Source: a phage
NCBI GenBank assembly: GCA_022143435.1
Contig: GCA_022143435.1_3941.1
Length of the DNA: 64,000 nt
Reading direction: 5' to 3' (one strand)
Shown here: positions 26,766 through 36,519 of the stretch, piece after piece
How the letters are laid out: every line of letters starts with the position of its first letter
Numbering within the stretch: position 1 is the stretch's first letter
Translations under genes and position numbers: made by a program
Notes under the pieces: generated by a model
The model's input: the letters and a program-made list of their open reading frames with translations, nothing else
Databases searched by the model: none
Told to the model about the DNA's origin: nothing

Positions 26766-28719
26766 TTAATACAGGTGGAATCGTTGAGCTTTGACGCTGC
26801 TCTTCAGTATAGACTTCACCAGTCTCACGGTCAAACACTTCGTCCTCATAATGTGGCAAAGAGTCATCGTAATGGTCTTCAGCTTCACCAATACCAAACT
26901 GCTGGCGAATATTTTCTGCTGCACCATCAATATCAACACCACATCCAGAAGCTTTGATAAGACGTCCTGTATCTGGATTGTACCAAGTATGACCAGCAAT
27001 ACCTGTTGACTTACCATGACGACGACACTTAGTTAACTTGATTTTTGTCAAGTTTTTCTTAACAGGGTCTGGGTCAACCTTGTTACGCATTAACAGAATG
27101 TTGTTCATAGAAATCTGGAAATACGCACCAGAACCTTTAATATCCTCTTCAGAGATATCTCCACCTTCGGAGTTAGCCTTCTGACCACCTGCACTCTTAC
27201 GAACGTGACATACGTTTACCTGCGCATACTGGTAGCGTTTGCAACGACGCAATAGCTCAGATAAAACTTCCTCTTCATCCGTATCTGAACGTGACAGAGC
27301 CAACGTAATAGGGTCAAGAATAATAATCTTACAGTCTAAGCTGTTAACAAGATAGTCAACAAACTCCAGCAAGTTATCTTGGTCAATTGCCCCTTGATGG
27401 TCAACGATGTGGATACGACGACCTTTAGACAGTTCTGCGTGTGCCTTCTTCAATTCATCCCAATCACGTTCGTCATAAGGAATCTCAGAAATCTGCTTGC
27501 TCAGGTGGATTGCACAGAGCATCTCCATCAACTCTTCATAGGTATCTTCTACAGGAATTACACCAATATTGTAATCGGTATCTTTCCAAGCAGTATAAAT
27601 CATTTCACGAGTGTATGCAGATTTACCCACTGAAGATGGTGCTGCCAGAGTTGTAATCTCACCTAAACCGTAACCACCATAAGTCAGTCTGTTCAAATCC
27701 CCGAAAGATTCTGGGAAAGGAATCAATGGAATCTGACCACGATTCTTCATTGCCTCAAAACCATCTGCAAAGTTCTTGATACCAGCAGGGCAATAACGAG
27801 GTGCGTTGTAGATACGCTGCTTAAATCCTTCCAGAACTGTGTCTTTCTCTTTATAGAACTTTGTCCACCATTCGTTAAGGTCTTTTACACCCTCTGGATA
27901 CTGGAATAAACGAACCTTCTCGATAGGTAAGATACCAGCAGCCTCTTTGGTAGCTTTAGCACCTGCTTCATCGTTATCAAAGCACAAGTAAATTTCATCA
28001 AATGATGTGATGTACTGATAGTTATCTTTGATAGACTTGATGTTTGCACCTGATGGAACAGATACGTGACAGTAATTCTTACGACGAGACTTATCTTTAA
28101 TCGCCAAAGAAGTCATGTAGATAGCTGTCGCACATTCCATCTCACCTTCCCAGATGAACAGTCGGTTCCCACCTTCTGGAGCAATCCATGAACCGAACAT
28201 TACCAGTTCACCTTTGATATCTCCAACACCACCTGAAAAGTCTTTTAACTTACCACGTAGGTGTTCTTTTGGATGGTCTTCTGGGTAACGGTGACGAACA
28301 CGGTAGCCAACATGTTCTAGCTTGCCATCTTCATTACGTTTATAAGTTGGATAGAAATGTGCATCAATTTCACCATCACTATCAATGTCAACCTTGATAC
28401 CTAAACGTTCAAGGACTTTTGCAGGGATTTTCCTGTCTTTCAAGTCCATTGCTTCAAGGTTTTCTTTCACATCGTCTAAATCCATTCCACGGAAAGTACG
28501 GTTTTTATTGTCTGAACCAGTAGAATAAGTGCTCACGATTTGTCCTTTATCAAAATCCCACTCTGGGAAACCTTTGTTACAGCTAAAGCAAGTCATCGAA
28601 TAAGAATCATCGTCATGATGATAGATTGAACCAGCATCTGATGAACCACAACGTGGACATGCACAATGACCAATAAACTGACCAGCCTCTTTCAATTTAC
28701 GACCTTTAGACATTAGCAC
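26728..28719 (-). CDS. Bifunctional DNA primase-helicase (T7 gp4-like)
   Basis: N-terminal Zn-ribbon (CPRCGSSD...CFSCN), DnaB-family helicase Walker A (AAPSSVGKSA). Confidence 0.85.
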   Translation of the reverse strand: MLMSKGRKLKEAGQFIGHCACPRCGSSDAGSIYHHDDDSYSMTCFSCNKGFPEWDFDKGQIVSTYSTGSDNKNRTFRGMDLDDVKENLEAMDLKDRKIPAKVLERLGIKVDIDSDGEIDAHFYPTYKRNEDGKLEHVGYRVRHRYPEDHPKEHLRGKLKDFSGGVGDIKGELVMFGSWIAPEGGNRLFIWEGEMECATAIYMTSLAIKDKSRRKNYCHVSVPSGANIKSIKDNYQYITSFDEIYLCFDNDEAGAKATKEAAGILPIEKVRLFQYPEGVKDLNEWWTKFYKEKDTVLEGFKQRIYNAPRYCPAGIKNFADGFEAMKNRGQIPLIPFPESFGDLNRLTYGGYGLGEITTLAAPSSVGKSAYTREMIYTAWKDTDYNIGVIPVEDTYEELMEMLCAIHLSKQISEIPYDERDWDELKKAHAELSKGRRIHIVDHQGAIDQDNLLEFVDYLVNSLDCKIIILDPITLALSRSDTDEEEVLSELLRRCKRYQYAQVNVCHVRKSAGGQKANSEGGDISEEDIKGSGAYFQISMNNILLMRNKVDPDPVKKNLTKIKLTKCRRHGKSTGIAGHTWYNPDTGRLIKASGCGVDIDGAAENIRQQFGIGEAEDHYDDSLPHYEDEVFDRETGEVYTEEQRQSSTIPPVLSEDADDCPFETE

Positions 28720-28906
28720 CTCTTCGTTGTAGTTCTGCTTTTAATCCATTTTCAATCTTGTCCAGCTCATGAATTTCATCTGCAATCTCTTTCCTTCGTG
28801 ATTCAACTCTCTTAAGACGTTCAATCATTACCTCATTGGAAAGAGATGAGAGTTCCACTAAACGGTGGTCAATAACTTTAAAATTGTCTTTTACTCTCAT
28901 CTTCAT
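28706..28906 (-). CDS. Small hypothetical protein
   Basis: ORF. Confidence 0.35.
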   Translation of the reverse strand: MKMRVKDNFKVIDHRLVELSSLSNEVMIERLKRVESRRKEIADEIHELDKIENGLKAELQRRGANV

Positions 28907-28914
28907 CCTCTCTT

Positions 28915-29658
28915 TTAAACTTTAATGATGGCTCTTAGCTTGTTCTCAAGGTCTGCAAGAGTACCATTATTATGAATAATGTCACGCTCATATTTTGTAG
29001 AAATGCCATTTTCTGAAACATGTGATGAAACTTTGTCCACATTGTCTCTTTTTACTTCAATAGTTTGGTGTGCAAATCTACTCAGCCATTCAGCTTCAGA
29101 GTCAAATCTTAAATCACTGATTAAGACAAAACCATATTGGTTTCTAAGTGAGCACATTTCATGGAATCTAACCATTCTTTTTTCAAGGTCTTTAGACCAG
29201 AACTTGTCGCCCATTACTTTACGGACAACTTCAGTACCCCAAACCTGTTGAATTTGTCTTGATGAGAATTTATACTTTTTACTAAACCCCAGACGTGTCA
29301 ATAGAGTCGGTTTAGCAACCTTCTTAAGCTCCATGATTAATCGTCCGGTTAACTCTGACATAAGCTTGAAGTCCATATGGTAACGTTCATCTCTGAAGGT
29401 GAACTCCATAGCTTCCGTAACTTTAAACATCAGTTCAGAGTATGATAAGTCAAAAACCTGTGGAGTCTCTTTAGTTTCACCGTACAGGTCATTCCAAGTC
29501 AAGTCAAATATCTTTGATGCAGATAGTTTAAGGTTGTCTGCAAAGGCCATTACAGCAACATTGTAGCCATACTCATCCTCTAAGATGTTCTTCACAATAG
29601 AACATGAGGTGTCTTTTCCAGAACGTGCCTTTCCAGTAAATGCGATAATATTACTCAT
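28915..29658 (-). CDS. Deoxynucleoside monophosphate kinase
   Basis: P-loop FTGKARSGKDT typical of phage dNMP kinases. Confidence 0.6.
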   Translation of the reverse strand: MSNIIAFTGKARSGKDTSCSIVKNILEDEYGYNVAVMAFADNLKLSASKIFDLTWNDLYGETKETPQVFDLSYSELMFKVTEAMEFTFRDERYHMDFKLMSELTGRLIMELKKVAKPTLLTRLGFSKKYKFSSRQIQQVWGTEVVRKVMGDKFWSKDLEKRMVRFHEMCSLRNQYGFVLISDLRFDSEAEWLSRFAHQTIEVKRDNVDKVSSHVSENGISTKYERDIIHNNGTLADLENKLRAIIKV

Positions 29659-29719
29659 TTTATCTCCCTTAATTACTAAAAAGCCCCCAACTAAGGAGGC
29701 TTGTAAGATTTATAAAGAC

Positions 29720-30520
29720 TTAGTGCAGTTGCTCAGCAGACTCTTTTTCAGCCATAGCTGAGATTTGCTTCACAAAATCATCACCGAAGTTAATGCGTAG
29801 TTTCTCTTCAATGATTGAAGCACCAATGTTCACCAAAACATCATTGATTGCTTGCATACTAACGCCACCAGTCATTTCCTCAATGAACTCAATACTCACA
29901 CCCATCATCTGTGACAGTTGGATTAGTGCAACGATATTCATCATCGTAGATATAGCTGGAATCATCAGTGCAACTTTCACCTGAAGTGGTTCAATGTCAG
30001 CTACAGAGTCATTTTCAACAGCTTCTTCCAAAGACTCTTTAGTTTGCTGGATAATCTCTTTGATTCGTGGGTTTAATTCTTCTACGCCCCAATCAAGTTT
30101 TTCATATCGTGAAAGTTTCTCTTCCATACGCTTCTCAAGAACAGCCATAACAGCACTCGTTGATGAGATAAGCGTATCAATAATGAAATCAGTGTCCTTA
30201 GTCAGCAACAGTTCCTTATCTTCGTCTGACATCCTGATATAGTCATTCTTTTGCATTTCATAAAAAATGAACTCAGCAAGTGCATCAACACCAACCGCAA
30301 TAGATGCCAGAGCAAGTGTAGTGTCTGTCAACATCATATTAACCTGTTCTGCAAAAGCACCGTTATCAGACTTGTCTTCAGGCAAGTTATAGCTTGCAGG
30401 CATAAACTGTTCTGTGTAGTTGTTGCCACGAAGAATCATAGCCATGCTTTCTACGGCATTGATTAAGAATGCTTCATCAACACCTTTCTCTTCAAGCATC
30501 TTTTCTACATCGATATTCAT
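29720..30520 (-). CDS. Acidic early protein of unknown function
   Basis: Hand count ~50 Asp+Glu versus ~21 Lys+Arg in 266 aa; second gene of leftward early operon. Confidence 0.4.
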   Translation of the reverse strand: MNIDVEKMLEEKGVDEAFLINAVESMAMILRGNNYTEQFMPASYNLPEDKSDNGAFAEQVNMMLTDTTLALASIAVGVDALAEFIFYEMQKNDYIRMSDEDKELLLTKDTDFIIDTLISSTSAVMAVLEKRMEEKLSRYEKLDWGVEELNPRIKEIIQQTKESLEEAVENDSVADIEPLQVKVALMIPAISTMMNIVALIQLSQMMGVSIEFIEEMTGGVSMQAINDVLVNIGASIIEEKLRINFGDDFVKQISAMAEKESAEQLH

Positions 30521-30521
30521 A

Positions 30522-30944
30522 TTATTTCTCTCTCAGTTGGTTAAGTTTCTTTCTAGAACATTTTAAGTTTTCGGATGAAGAAAAGTCAAGTGTCTTTTCA
30601 GAACGTGGATAATAGTTCCTATCCCAAGAAGTTTCAACATCGTTAATCAGTGATGCTAGATTACACAGGTCTGTACCACTTTGCAACCTCTTTTTAAGAG
30701 AATCTAGTAAAGCAACTGTGTCTTTAGCTTTACGTCTCGCTGTAGCAACATCTTTCATATGCTCAAATACAGAGCATTTTAAGTCATCTTCATAGTCTTC
30801 AGACAACTCTATTTCATGTTGTATATCAACCATTCTCCTGTGATGGTGAGCATATTCCCGTTGAGCAGCAATGTCAAGTTCTTCCAACTTCTGCAAAGCT
30901 CTAACAAAGTCAGCTATGTCTGGGTGAACAAACATTTTCTGCAT
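30522..30944 (-). CDS. Hypothetical early protein
   Basis: First gene of the leftward block. Confidence 0.4.
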   Translation of the reverse strand: MQKMFVHPDIADFVRALQKLEELDIAAQREYAHHHRRMVDIQHEIELSEDYEDDLKCSVFEHMKDVATARRKAKDTVALLDSLKKRLQSGTDLCNLASLINDVETSWDRNYYPRSEKTLDFSSSENLKCSRKKLNQLREK

Positions 30945-31201
30945 GTAAGCCTCTTTTAAGTAGCTATTAAGTTTTAATCTTTTATCTTAACGTATTCTAT
31001 ACGTTATACTTTAAAGCTTTTTAAAAGCTATTAAATAATCTTTTAAGAGTTTTAAAGTATCTGTATAGTTAAACTGTTAAGTAACCTTTTAAGTAAAAAC
31101 CCACTTCGCAAAGATTAACACCTTGTCAAGTGCATTGTCAACTTGCTTTTTATAATTTTTTGCAGTAATGTATGAGGTTAATGATTTTAGAGGGAGTAAA
31201 A
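30945..31201. promoter_or_regulatory. AT-rich divergent intergenic region between leftward and rightward gene blocks; contains TTGTCA/TTGACA hexamers and TATAAT
   Basis: 257-bp non-coding gap; hexamers present but spacing non-canonical. Confidence 0.4.
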
Positions 31202-33901
31202 ATGGAAAACGTAGATTTTAAAAACTTACATTTAGTTGGTGATACAGAAACTGATGGTTTACTCCTTGAGTTCACTAAAGTGCACGTAATGGCTTTCGCA
31301 GACTATAAATCTGACGATGAAGAGCCGCCTGTATGGGTCTTTACAGATGAGCCTATCCTCGGTCACAAGTATACCAAGTATATTAAGGGTGGCTTACGTG
31401 AAGGTATTGAGTTTGCGTTAAAGGCAAAACGTCTTTGCATCCATAACGGTCTCGGTTATGACTGGTGGGTTTTCAATCACATTGCACCTGATTTATGGAA
31501 CTTTGATAATCCAAAGTGTAAACCGTGGAGTAATTTCTTTCAGGATTCTCTTATCCAGTCTCGTGTTCAGTGGATGGATAGACCAACTCCAAAGGGTTAT
31601 AAAGGTGCTCATGGTTTGGCTGCATGGGGTGCTCGCGTTGGTGTTCGTAAGCCAGAGATTGAGCATTGGGGTGTGTGGAATGCAGAAATCTTCACTCGTG
31701 TTGTAGAAGATATCCGTATTAACGCCAAAACTAAACGGGCACTTGATAACGAGTATCTCAAGCTTAAGAAGTGTGGTATAGACACTTATGAGACTTACAT
31801 GCGAGCTAAAGAAACATCTTTCTGGATGAGTCAACAGGCTATTAATGGCTGGAAAGCTGATAAAGAGCTTATGGAGTTCCATGTGAAGGAACTTGACAAA
31901 TTGACTAATGAGCTTGCTTCAGAGGTTGAACCACATCTACCTCCAACTATTAAGACCAAAGGTAAAGTCACTGGAGAAGAGTTTGCAAAAGCTTGGAATG
32001 AGTATGTTGAAGCATTCGGTCATGCAGATGGACTGAAGAGAATTACCAAGTACCCTAAGACAAAGTACCGTCAGCAGGTACGTAACGGTGAGATGCAGAC
32101 ATACGAAATCAAGCCATTTGGTAAGCCAACTACAAAGATTTTTAACATTGAAAAGAGAAATTGCTATACACCAACCAACTCTGTAACTGGTGAAGAGTAC
32201 AAGGAAGGTTTTGTAGCAATGAAGGATGCTCGTGCAATTTGCAATGAGTTGAACGCAAAGATTGGTAAGAAATGCAAAGACTGGAAGCCAGTAAAAACAG
32301 TCAAAACTGTGAAGTACTATAACAGTCATGTTGTTAACCACTTTGAACTTGAGTCAAGTCGCTACACAGGTTTGATTGATGCACCATATACACCAATTGA
32401 GTTCGAAGTTTCTCGCATGACTCAGGTAGCAGTTGTTAAAGACTACTTGAAATCAGTTGGTTGGATTCCAGATGACTGGAATTACAAGAAAGACTCAGAT
32501 GGTCGCCCTGTCAAAGTTTGTCGTTTCAAAGACAATAAAAAGATGATTACAAAGCATCCTAAGTGGCAGGAAATGGTTGAGCGGTGTGGTTTGAATTATG
32601 TTGAACATGAAGGTGTACAGTACATCGAGCATAACTGGTCTGTGAAGAAATACACAGATTTGCTTGAGCCTTGCTTAATCCGTACTTCACCAAAACTTAC
32701 TGAATCATCTTATGATACGATTGAAGGTGAGCTTGGACAGAAGATTGCTAAGTACTATACTTTGATGCACAGACGCAGAACTATTGAGAACTCAAAGGAT
32801 GATGAAAAAGGTTGGTTGAACCAGATTCGTCCTGATGGTCGCCTTAGTGCTGGCGCAATGGTGTTTGGTACTTCAACTGGACGTATGACACAATATGGTA
32901 TTGTAAACGTACCGTCTGGTGCTGCTGTCTATGGGGAACCAATGAGGGCAGTGTGGATTTGTGAGGAAGGTACTAACGTTGTCTCTGTAGATATGAACTC
33001 AGCCCAGCTAGTTCTTCTTTGTAACTTTATGGGTGATAAAGAGTTCACCAAAGCGGTAACGCAAGGTAAAGAAGAGATTGAGTTTATTCGTCAAGAAGAT
33101 GGACGCTATTACTGCAAACATTTTGATGAGTACCTCAACCCAGAGATTGATAAGTACCTTCGCTATGACTCTGAGAATGACCTGTACGTTGTCTATTCAG
33201 GGACTGATGCACATACACTGAACAGTATCTACTTTAGCTTGAACGATGAGCAGGACATCTTGACTTGTCGAGCTACTCAGGATGAGAATCTTCTTCATGA
33301 GATTAGCAAAGGTCGTAAGAAAGCTAAGAATGGTATCTATGCACTACTGTTTGGTGCAGGTGATGAGAAGTTTGCTAAAACTATTAAGGCAGCCACTACT
33401 CAGGAAGGTGCATTAACTAAACAGACTTACTTTGTGCGTTTGCCAAAGATTAAGAAACTATTAGATAACTTGGAAGCTGACTACAAAGCAACTAAAAAGG
33501 CACTTGAAGAGGTGTTTGGTAAGACCGCTGCAATCTCTAAAGGGGGTTTTGTAAAGGTTGCTGGAGCTTGGTTGTGGTGTAAATCTCCACATAAGTTGTT
33601 GAATTATTTGCTCATGGGTTCGGAAAGTCAGATTCAGAACGAGGCAATTAACCTTGCTTGCCGTCGTATGATTGACGAAGGTTTGATGAAGTTGAACGGT
33701 CGCAAACCAGCTATAGGTGCTCGTTTATTGTGCTCCTATCACGACGAGACAAGTTGGGAATGTCCAGAAAGTATGACGGCAGAGGTGAAGGCTGTCACTG
33801 ATTGGTATTACGGGCAAGCCTCTAAGAACTTAGGACTAAAGAGTGAAACACTGGTAACTGGTACTGGTAAGGTTGGTAAGTCGTGGTTGGAAGTGCATTA
33901 A
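31172..33901 (+). CDS. DNA polymerase, family A with 3'-5' exonuclease domain; probable start at ATG 31202
   Basis: Exo I motif VGDTETDGL; ~900 aa; RBS AGGGAG upstream of 31202. Confidence 0.9.
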   Translation: MRLMILEGVKMENVDFKNLHLVGDTETDGLLLEFTKVHVMAFADYKSDDEEPPVWVFTDEPILGHKYTKYIKGGLREGIEFALKAKRLCIHNGLGYDWWVFNHIAPDLWNFDNPKCKPWSNFFQDSLIQSRVQWMDRPTPKGYKGAHGLAAWGARVGVRKPEIEHWGVWNAEIFTRVVEDIRINAKTKRALDNEYLKLKKCGIDTYETYMRAKETSFWMSQQAINGWKADKELMEFHVKELDKLTNELASEVEPHLPPTIKTKGKVTGEEFAKAWNEYVEAFGHADGLKRITKYPKTKYRQQVRNGEMQTYEIKPFGKPTTKIFNIEKRNCYTPTNSVTGEEYKEGFVAMKDARAICNELNAKIGKKCKDWKPVKTVKTVKYYNSHVVNHFELESSRYTGLIDAPYTPIEFEVSRMTQVAVVKDYLKSVGWIPDDWNYKKDSDGRPVKVCRFKDNKKMITKHPKWQEMVERCGLNYVEHEGVQYIEHNWSVKKYTDLLEPCLIRTSPKLTESSYDTIEGELGQKIAKYYTLMHRRRTIENSKDDEKGWLNQIRPDGRLSAGAMVFGTSTGRMTQYGIVNVPSGAAVYGEPMRAVWICEEGTNVVSVDMNSAQLVLLCNFMGDKEFTKAVTQGKEEIEFIRQEDGRYYCKHFDEYLNPEIDKYLRYDSENDLYVVYSGTDAHTLNSIYFSLNDEQDILTCRATQDENLLHEISKGRKKAKNGIYALLFGAGDEKFAKTIKAATTQEGALTKQTYFVRLPKIKKLLDNLEADYKATKKALEEVFGKTAAISKGGFVKVAGAWLWCKSPHKLLNYLLMGSESQIQNEAINLACRRMIDEGLMKLNGRKPAIGARLLCSYHDETSWECPESMTAEVKAVTDWYYGQASKNLGLKSETLVTGTGKVGKSWLEVH

Positions 33902-34439
33902 TGGTGACAAAATGATTACACAAGAACGTTTAAAGGAACTACTACACTATGACCCCGAAACAGGGGTCTTTACTTGGCTTCGTAGGGAGGGTGACTCAAG
34001 GGCTGTTAAAGTCTTTAATAGTCGGTACGCAGGACAGGTAGCGGGGAGCATCCAGATTGACTCAACTGGTCATAATCAGATTACTATCTATTTTGACAAG
34101 AAAGCACATAAAGCGCACAGACTCGCATGGCTGTACGTGTATGGTAGGCTGCCGAAAGGTGTTATTGACCATGTTAATGGGGACTCCCTTGATAACAGGA
34201 TTGTAAACTTAAGAGAAGCAGATGACTACCAAAGTGCTTGGAATAAAAGCAAACTATCCACCAATAAATCAGGCTATAAGGGTGTAAGCCTGAAGAAGAA
34301 GTCTGGTAGGTGGGTTGCGCAAATAAGCTATAAAGGTAAAAAGATGTCATTAGGCTACTATGACACACCAGAAGAGGCCCATAAAGCTTACTGTGAAGCT
34401 GCTGTAAAACTCCACGGAGAGTTTGCAAAACTAAGTTGA
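33873..34439 (+). CDS. HNH homing endonuclease with AP2 domain (paralog of 23810-24334)
   Basis: Shared LHYDPETGVFTWL N-terminus, HNH core (IDHVNGDSLDN) and AP2-like SGYKGVSLKKKSGRWVAQI. Confidence 0.6.
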   Translation: MVSRGWKCINGDKMITQERLKELLHYDPETGVFTWLRREGDSRAVKVFNSRYAGQVAGSIQIDSTGHNQITIYFDKKAHKAHRLAWLYVYGRLPKGVIDHVNGDSLDNRIVNLREADDYQSAWNKSKLSTNKSGYKGVSLKKKSGRWVAQISYKGKKMSLGYYDTPEEAHKAYCEAAVKLHGEFAKLS

Positions 34440-34490
34440 CAAGGTGCTCAGGGAAGAGTACCTTATACTATATCTTGTATAGGAGGGCTT

Positions 34491-34700
34491 ATGAGCCACC
34501 GTGGAAGAACCCATGCAGCGATGATGAAAGGTGCTTCAAAGGAGACTATCAAAAATCGTAAGCAGAAGTTGTTTGAGAGGATGAACAGGTTAATTGACAA
34601 TTCATCTCTTTCAGGTTCTGAGAAGGTTTTCTTGAAAGGTAATCTGAAAAGCATTGCACAAGAACTTATTGACATTGAGTATTGGAGACATCAAAAATGA
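34491..34700 (+). CDS. Small hypothetical protein
   Basis: ORF. Confidence 0.35.
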   Translation: MSHRGRTHAAMMKGASKETIKNRKQKLFERMNRLIDNSSLSGSEKVFLKGNLKSIAQELIDIEYWRHQK

Positions 34701-34909
34701 CACTTGCAGACGTTATTCAGCAACTTCATGATAACTGCTACACTCCAGAGTTAATTCAGGAGATGTCCATTGTAGTCATGCCTAGCAAGTTCGTAAAAAC
34801 CTTTAACAACGACGCTTTAAGGTCTACACACATCCTTATCGTTGACGGTAAGATTGCAAAAGACCGTACTGGAGTACTCAAAGGTGAACGTATTGACATT
34901 AACTTTTAA
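34682..34909 (+). CDS. Small hypothetical protein
   Basis: ORF. Confidence 0.35.
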   Translation: METSKMTLADVIQQLHDNCYTPELIQEMSIVVMPSKFVKTFNNDALRSTHILIVDGKIAKDRTGVLKGERIDINF

Positions 34910-34926
34910 GTATTGGAGAAATCAAA

Positions 34927-35139
34927 ATGACTTATGAAGAAGCTGTTGAAGCAATGAAGCAGGGTAAGAAAGTTCGTAACGAGAACTTCACACCTGATGA
35001 GTTCTTTGAAATGAAAGACGGAAAGATTGTCTGTGAAATGGGTTACCCAATGGCTAAATGGTATCGTGGACTTGATTGGCAGAAAACTGGATGGAGTGTT
35101 GTAAAGGACTCTCCAAAAGCTTCTGATTTATTCTTTTAA
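34927..35139 (+). CDS. Small hypothetical protein
   Basis: ORF. Confidence 0.35.
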   Translation: MTYEEAVEAMKQGKKVRNENFTPDEFFEMKDGKIVCEMGYPMAKWYRGLDWQKTGWSVVKDSPKASDLFF

Positions 35140-35148
35140 GGAAATACT

Positions 35149-35355
35149 ATGCAAGTTTTAGTAAACTATATCTACCGTTATGATGTTATCCACTCAACCA
35201 ATACAGTTGCTCAACGCAACCCTATTGTACCACGAGAAGGTGAGTGGGTTCGTATTGATGGTTGGATTTATACTGTAGAGAATGTTATCCACAAATTTGA
35301 TGTGGGTGATGATACTCAAGTGATTGATGTAGAGATTGGTGGGAAGAGAAAATGA
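35149..35355 (+). CDS. Small hypothetical protein
   Basis: ORF. Confidence 0.35.
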   Translation: MQVLVNYIYRYDVIHSTNTVAQRNPIVPREGEWVRIDGWIYTVENVIHKFDVGDDTQVIDVEIGGKRK

Positions 35356-36455
35356 CAATTCTGTACAAACAAAATAAAGATGGCTCTTTTAACGTCTGGT
35401 CATGCGTTGCTGTAGGTGACAAAGTGGTTACCACGTATGGCAAAGAAAATGGCAAGATGATGTTTGAAGAGTACACAGCAGAACCAAAAAACATCGGCAA
35501 AAAGAATGAGCGTAACGCTGAACAGCAAGCTCTCTTTGAAGTTGCTGCTAAATACAAGAAGCAGGTTGACCGTAAAGGCTATGCTTATTCAAAATCTGCT
35601 GCACAGGAAGTTGAGAAGGTTGGTGTACAGCTTGCACATGATGCTTCCAAGGTTAGTCATGCAAAGTATCTGAAATTCCCTGCTGATGCTCAACCAAAAC
35701 TTGACGGTGTTCGTTGCAGGATTTCTCGTCATCAAAGTCTTGGTGGAATGTTTACAGCTTATTCTCGTGAGAATACGGTTTACAACATCCCCGAAGAATT
35801 GATTCCAGATATAACTATGATGCTCAAACTTCATAAAGATGTGGATGAGTTTGACGGTGAGATTTATGCTCATGGTTGGGACTTGGAAGATATTGTATCC
35901 ATGATTAAGAATGCTGACAATCCAGACCGTCACCTACTTAAATTCTACTGGTATGATATCTGCGATAATTCTAAATCTTGGCCTGAGCGTCGTGAAATCA
36001 TTGATAACTCACCAATCGTTGAACTCGGTGATGCTTGCAGGGTTGTACCTGTTCAAACTATCCGTGTTAACTCTTGGGAAGAGTTCGACAAAGCCCATGA
36101 TAATTGGGTTAAGCTGAAGTTTGAAGGGGCTATGTACCGTTCAATCTCTGAAGAATCTTTCTACGAGTGTAGTCACCGTTCATACTTCTTAATCAAGCAT
36201 AAGAAGATGCACACTGAAGAGTTTAAAGTAACTGGTGTGAAAACTGATAAACGTGGTCATGGTAAGTTTGTTGTAGAGACTCTTCCTAACGTCTTTGTAG
36301 ATGTTTCATGGAAAACTACCCATGAGAAGAAGAAGTATCTTGCTGAACATCCTGAAGAGTTTATCGGGAAACCTTTGACGGTTCAGTTCCAGAAGATGAC
36401 TCGTAGGGGGTCTTTACAGTTCCCTGTTGGGTTAGTTATCAGAGATTATGAATAA
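35352..36455 (+). CDS. ATP-dependent DNA ligase
   Basis: Motif I KLDGVR (KxDG adenylation lysine). Confidence 0.8.
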   Translation: MTILYKQNKDGSFNVWSCVAVGDKVVTTYGKENGKMMFEEYTAEPKNIGKKNERNAEQQALFEVAAKYKKQVDRKGYAYSKSAAQEVEKVGVQLAHDASKVSHAKYLKFPADAQPKLDGVRCRISRHQSLGGMFTAYSRENTVYNIPEELIPDITMMLKLHKDVDEFDGEIYAHGWDLEDIVSMIKNADNPDRHLLKFYWYDICDNSKSWPERREIIDNSPIVELGDACRVVPVQTIRVNSWEEFDKAHDNWVKLKFEGAMYRSISEESFYECSHRSYFLIKHKKMHTEEFKVTGVKTDKRGHGKFVVETLPNVFVDVSWKTTHEKKKYLAEHPEEFIGKPLTVQFQKMTRRGSLQFPVGLVIRDYE

Positions 36456-36461
36456 AAGTTG

Positions 36462-36489
36462 TTGACATAGAAAATTTGGTGAGTATACT
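36462..36489 (+). promoter_or_regulatory. Sigma70-like promoter TTGACA-16 bp-TATACT
   Basis: Hexamers and spacing read in sequence. Confidence 0.5.
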
Positions 36490-36519
36490 GAGCAGCATAA
36501 ACCAACGGGTACTCACCAG

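Noticed and set aside
29670-29700. Possible terminator hairpin downstream of the dNMP kinase gene
   Set aside because: Complementarity (AGCCCCC...GGAGGCT) is imperfect with no clear U-tract; too weak to call.
31123-31156. Canonical sigma70 promoter for the DNA polymerase gene
   Set aside because: TTGTCA and TATAAT are present but 22 bp apart (or 10 bp from the second TTGTCA); not a canonical 17-bp arrangement, so only reported as a general regulatory region.
31458-32341. Several 80-134-aa ORFs on both strands inside the DNA polymerase gene
   Set aside because: Alternative or antisense frames within a confidently assigned polymerase.
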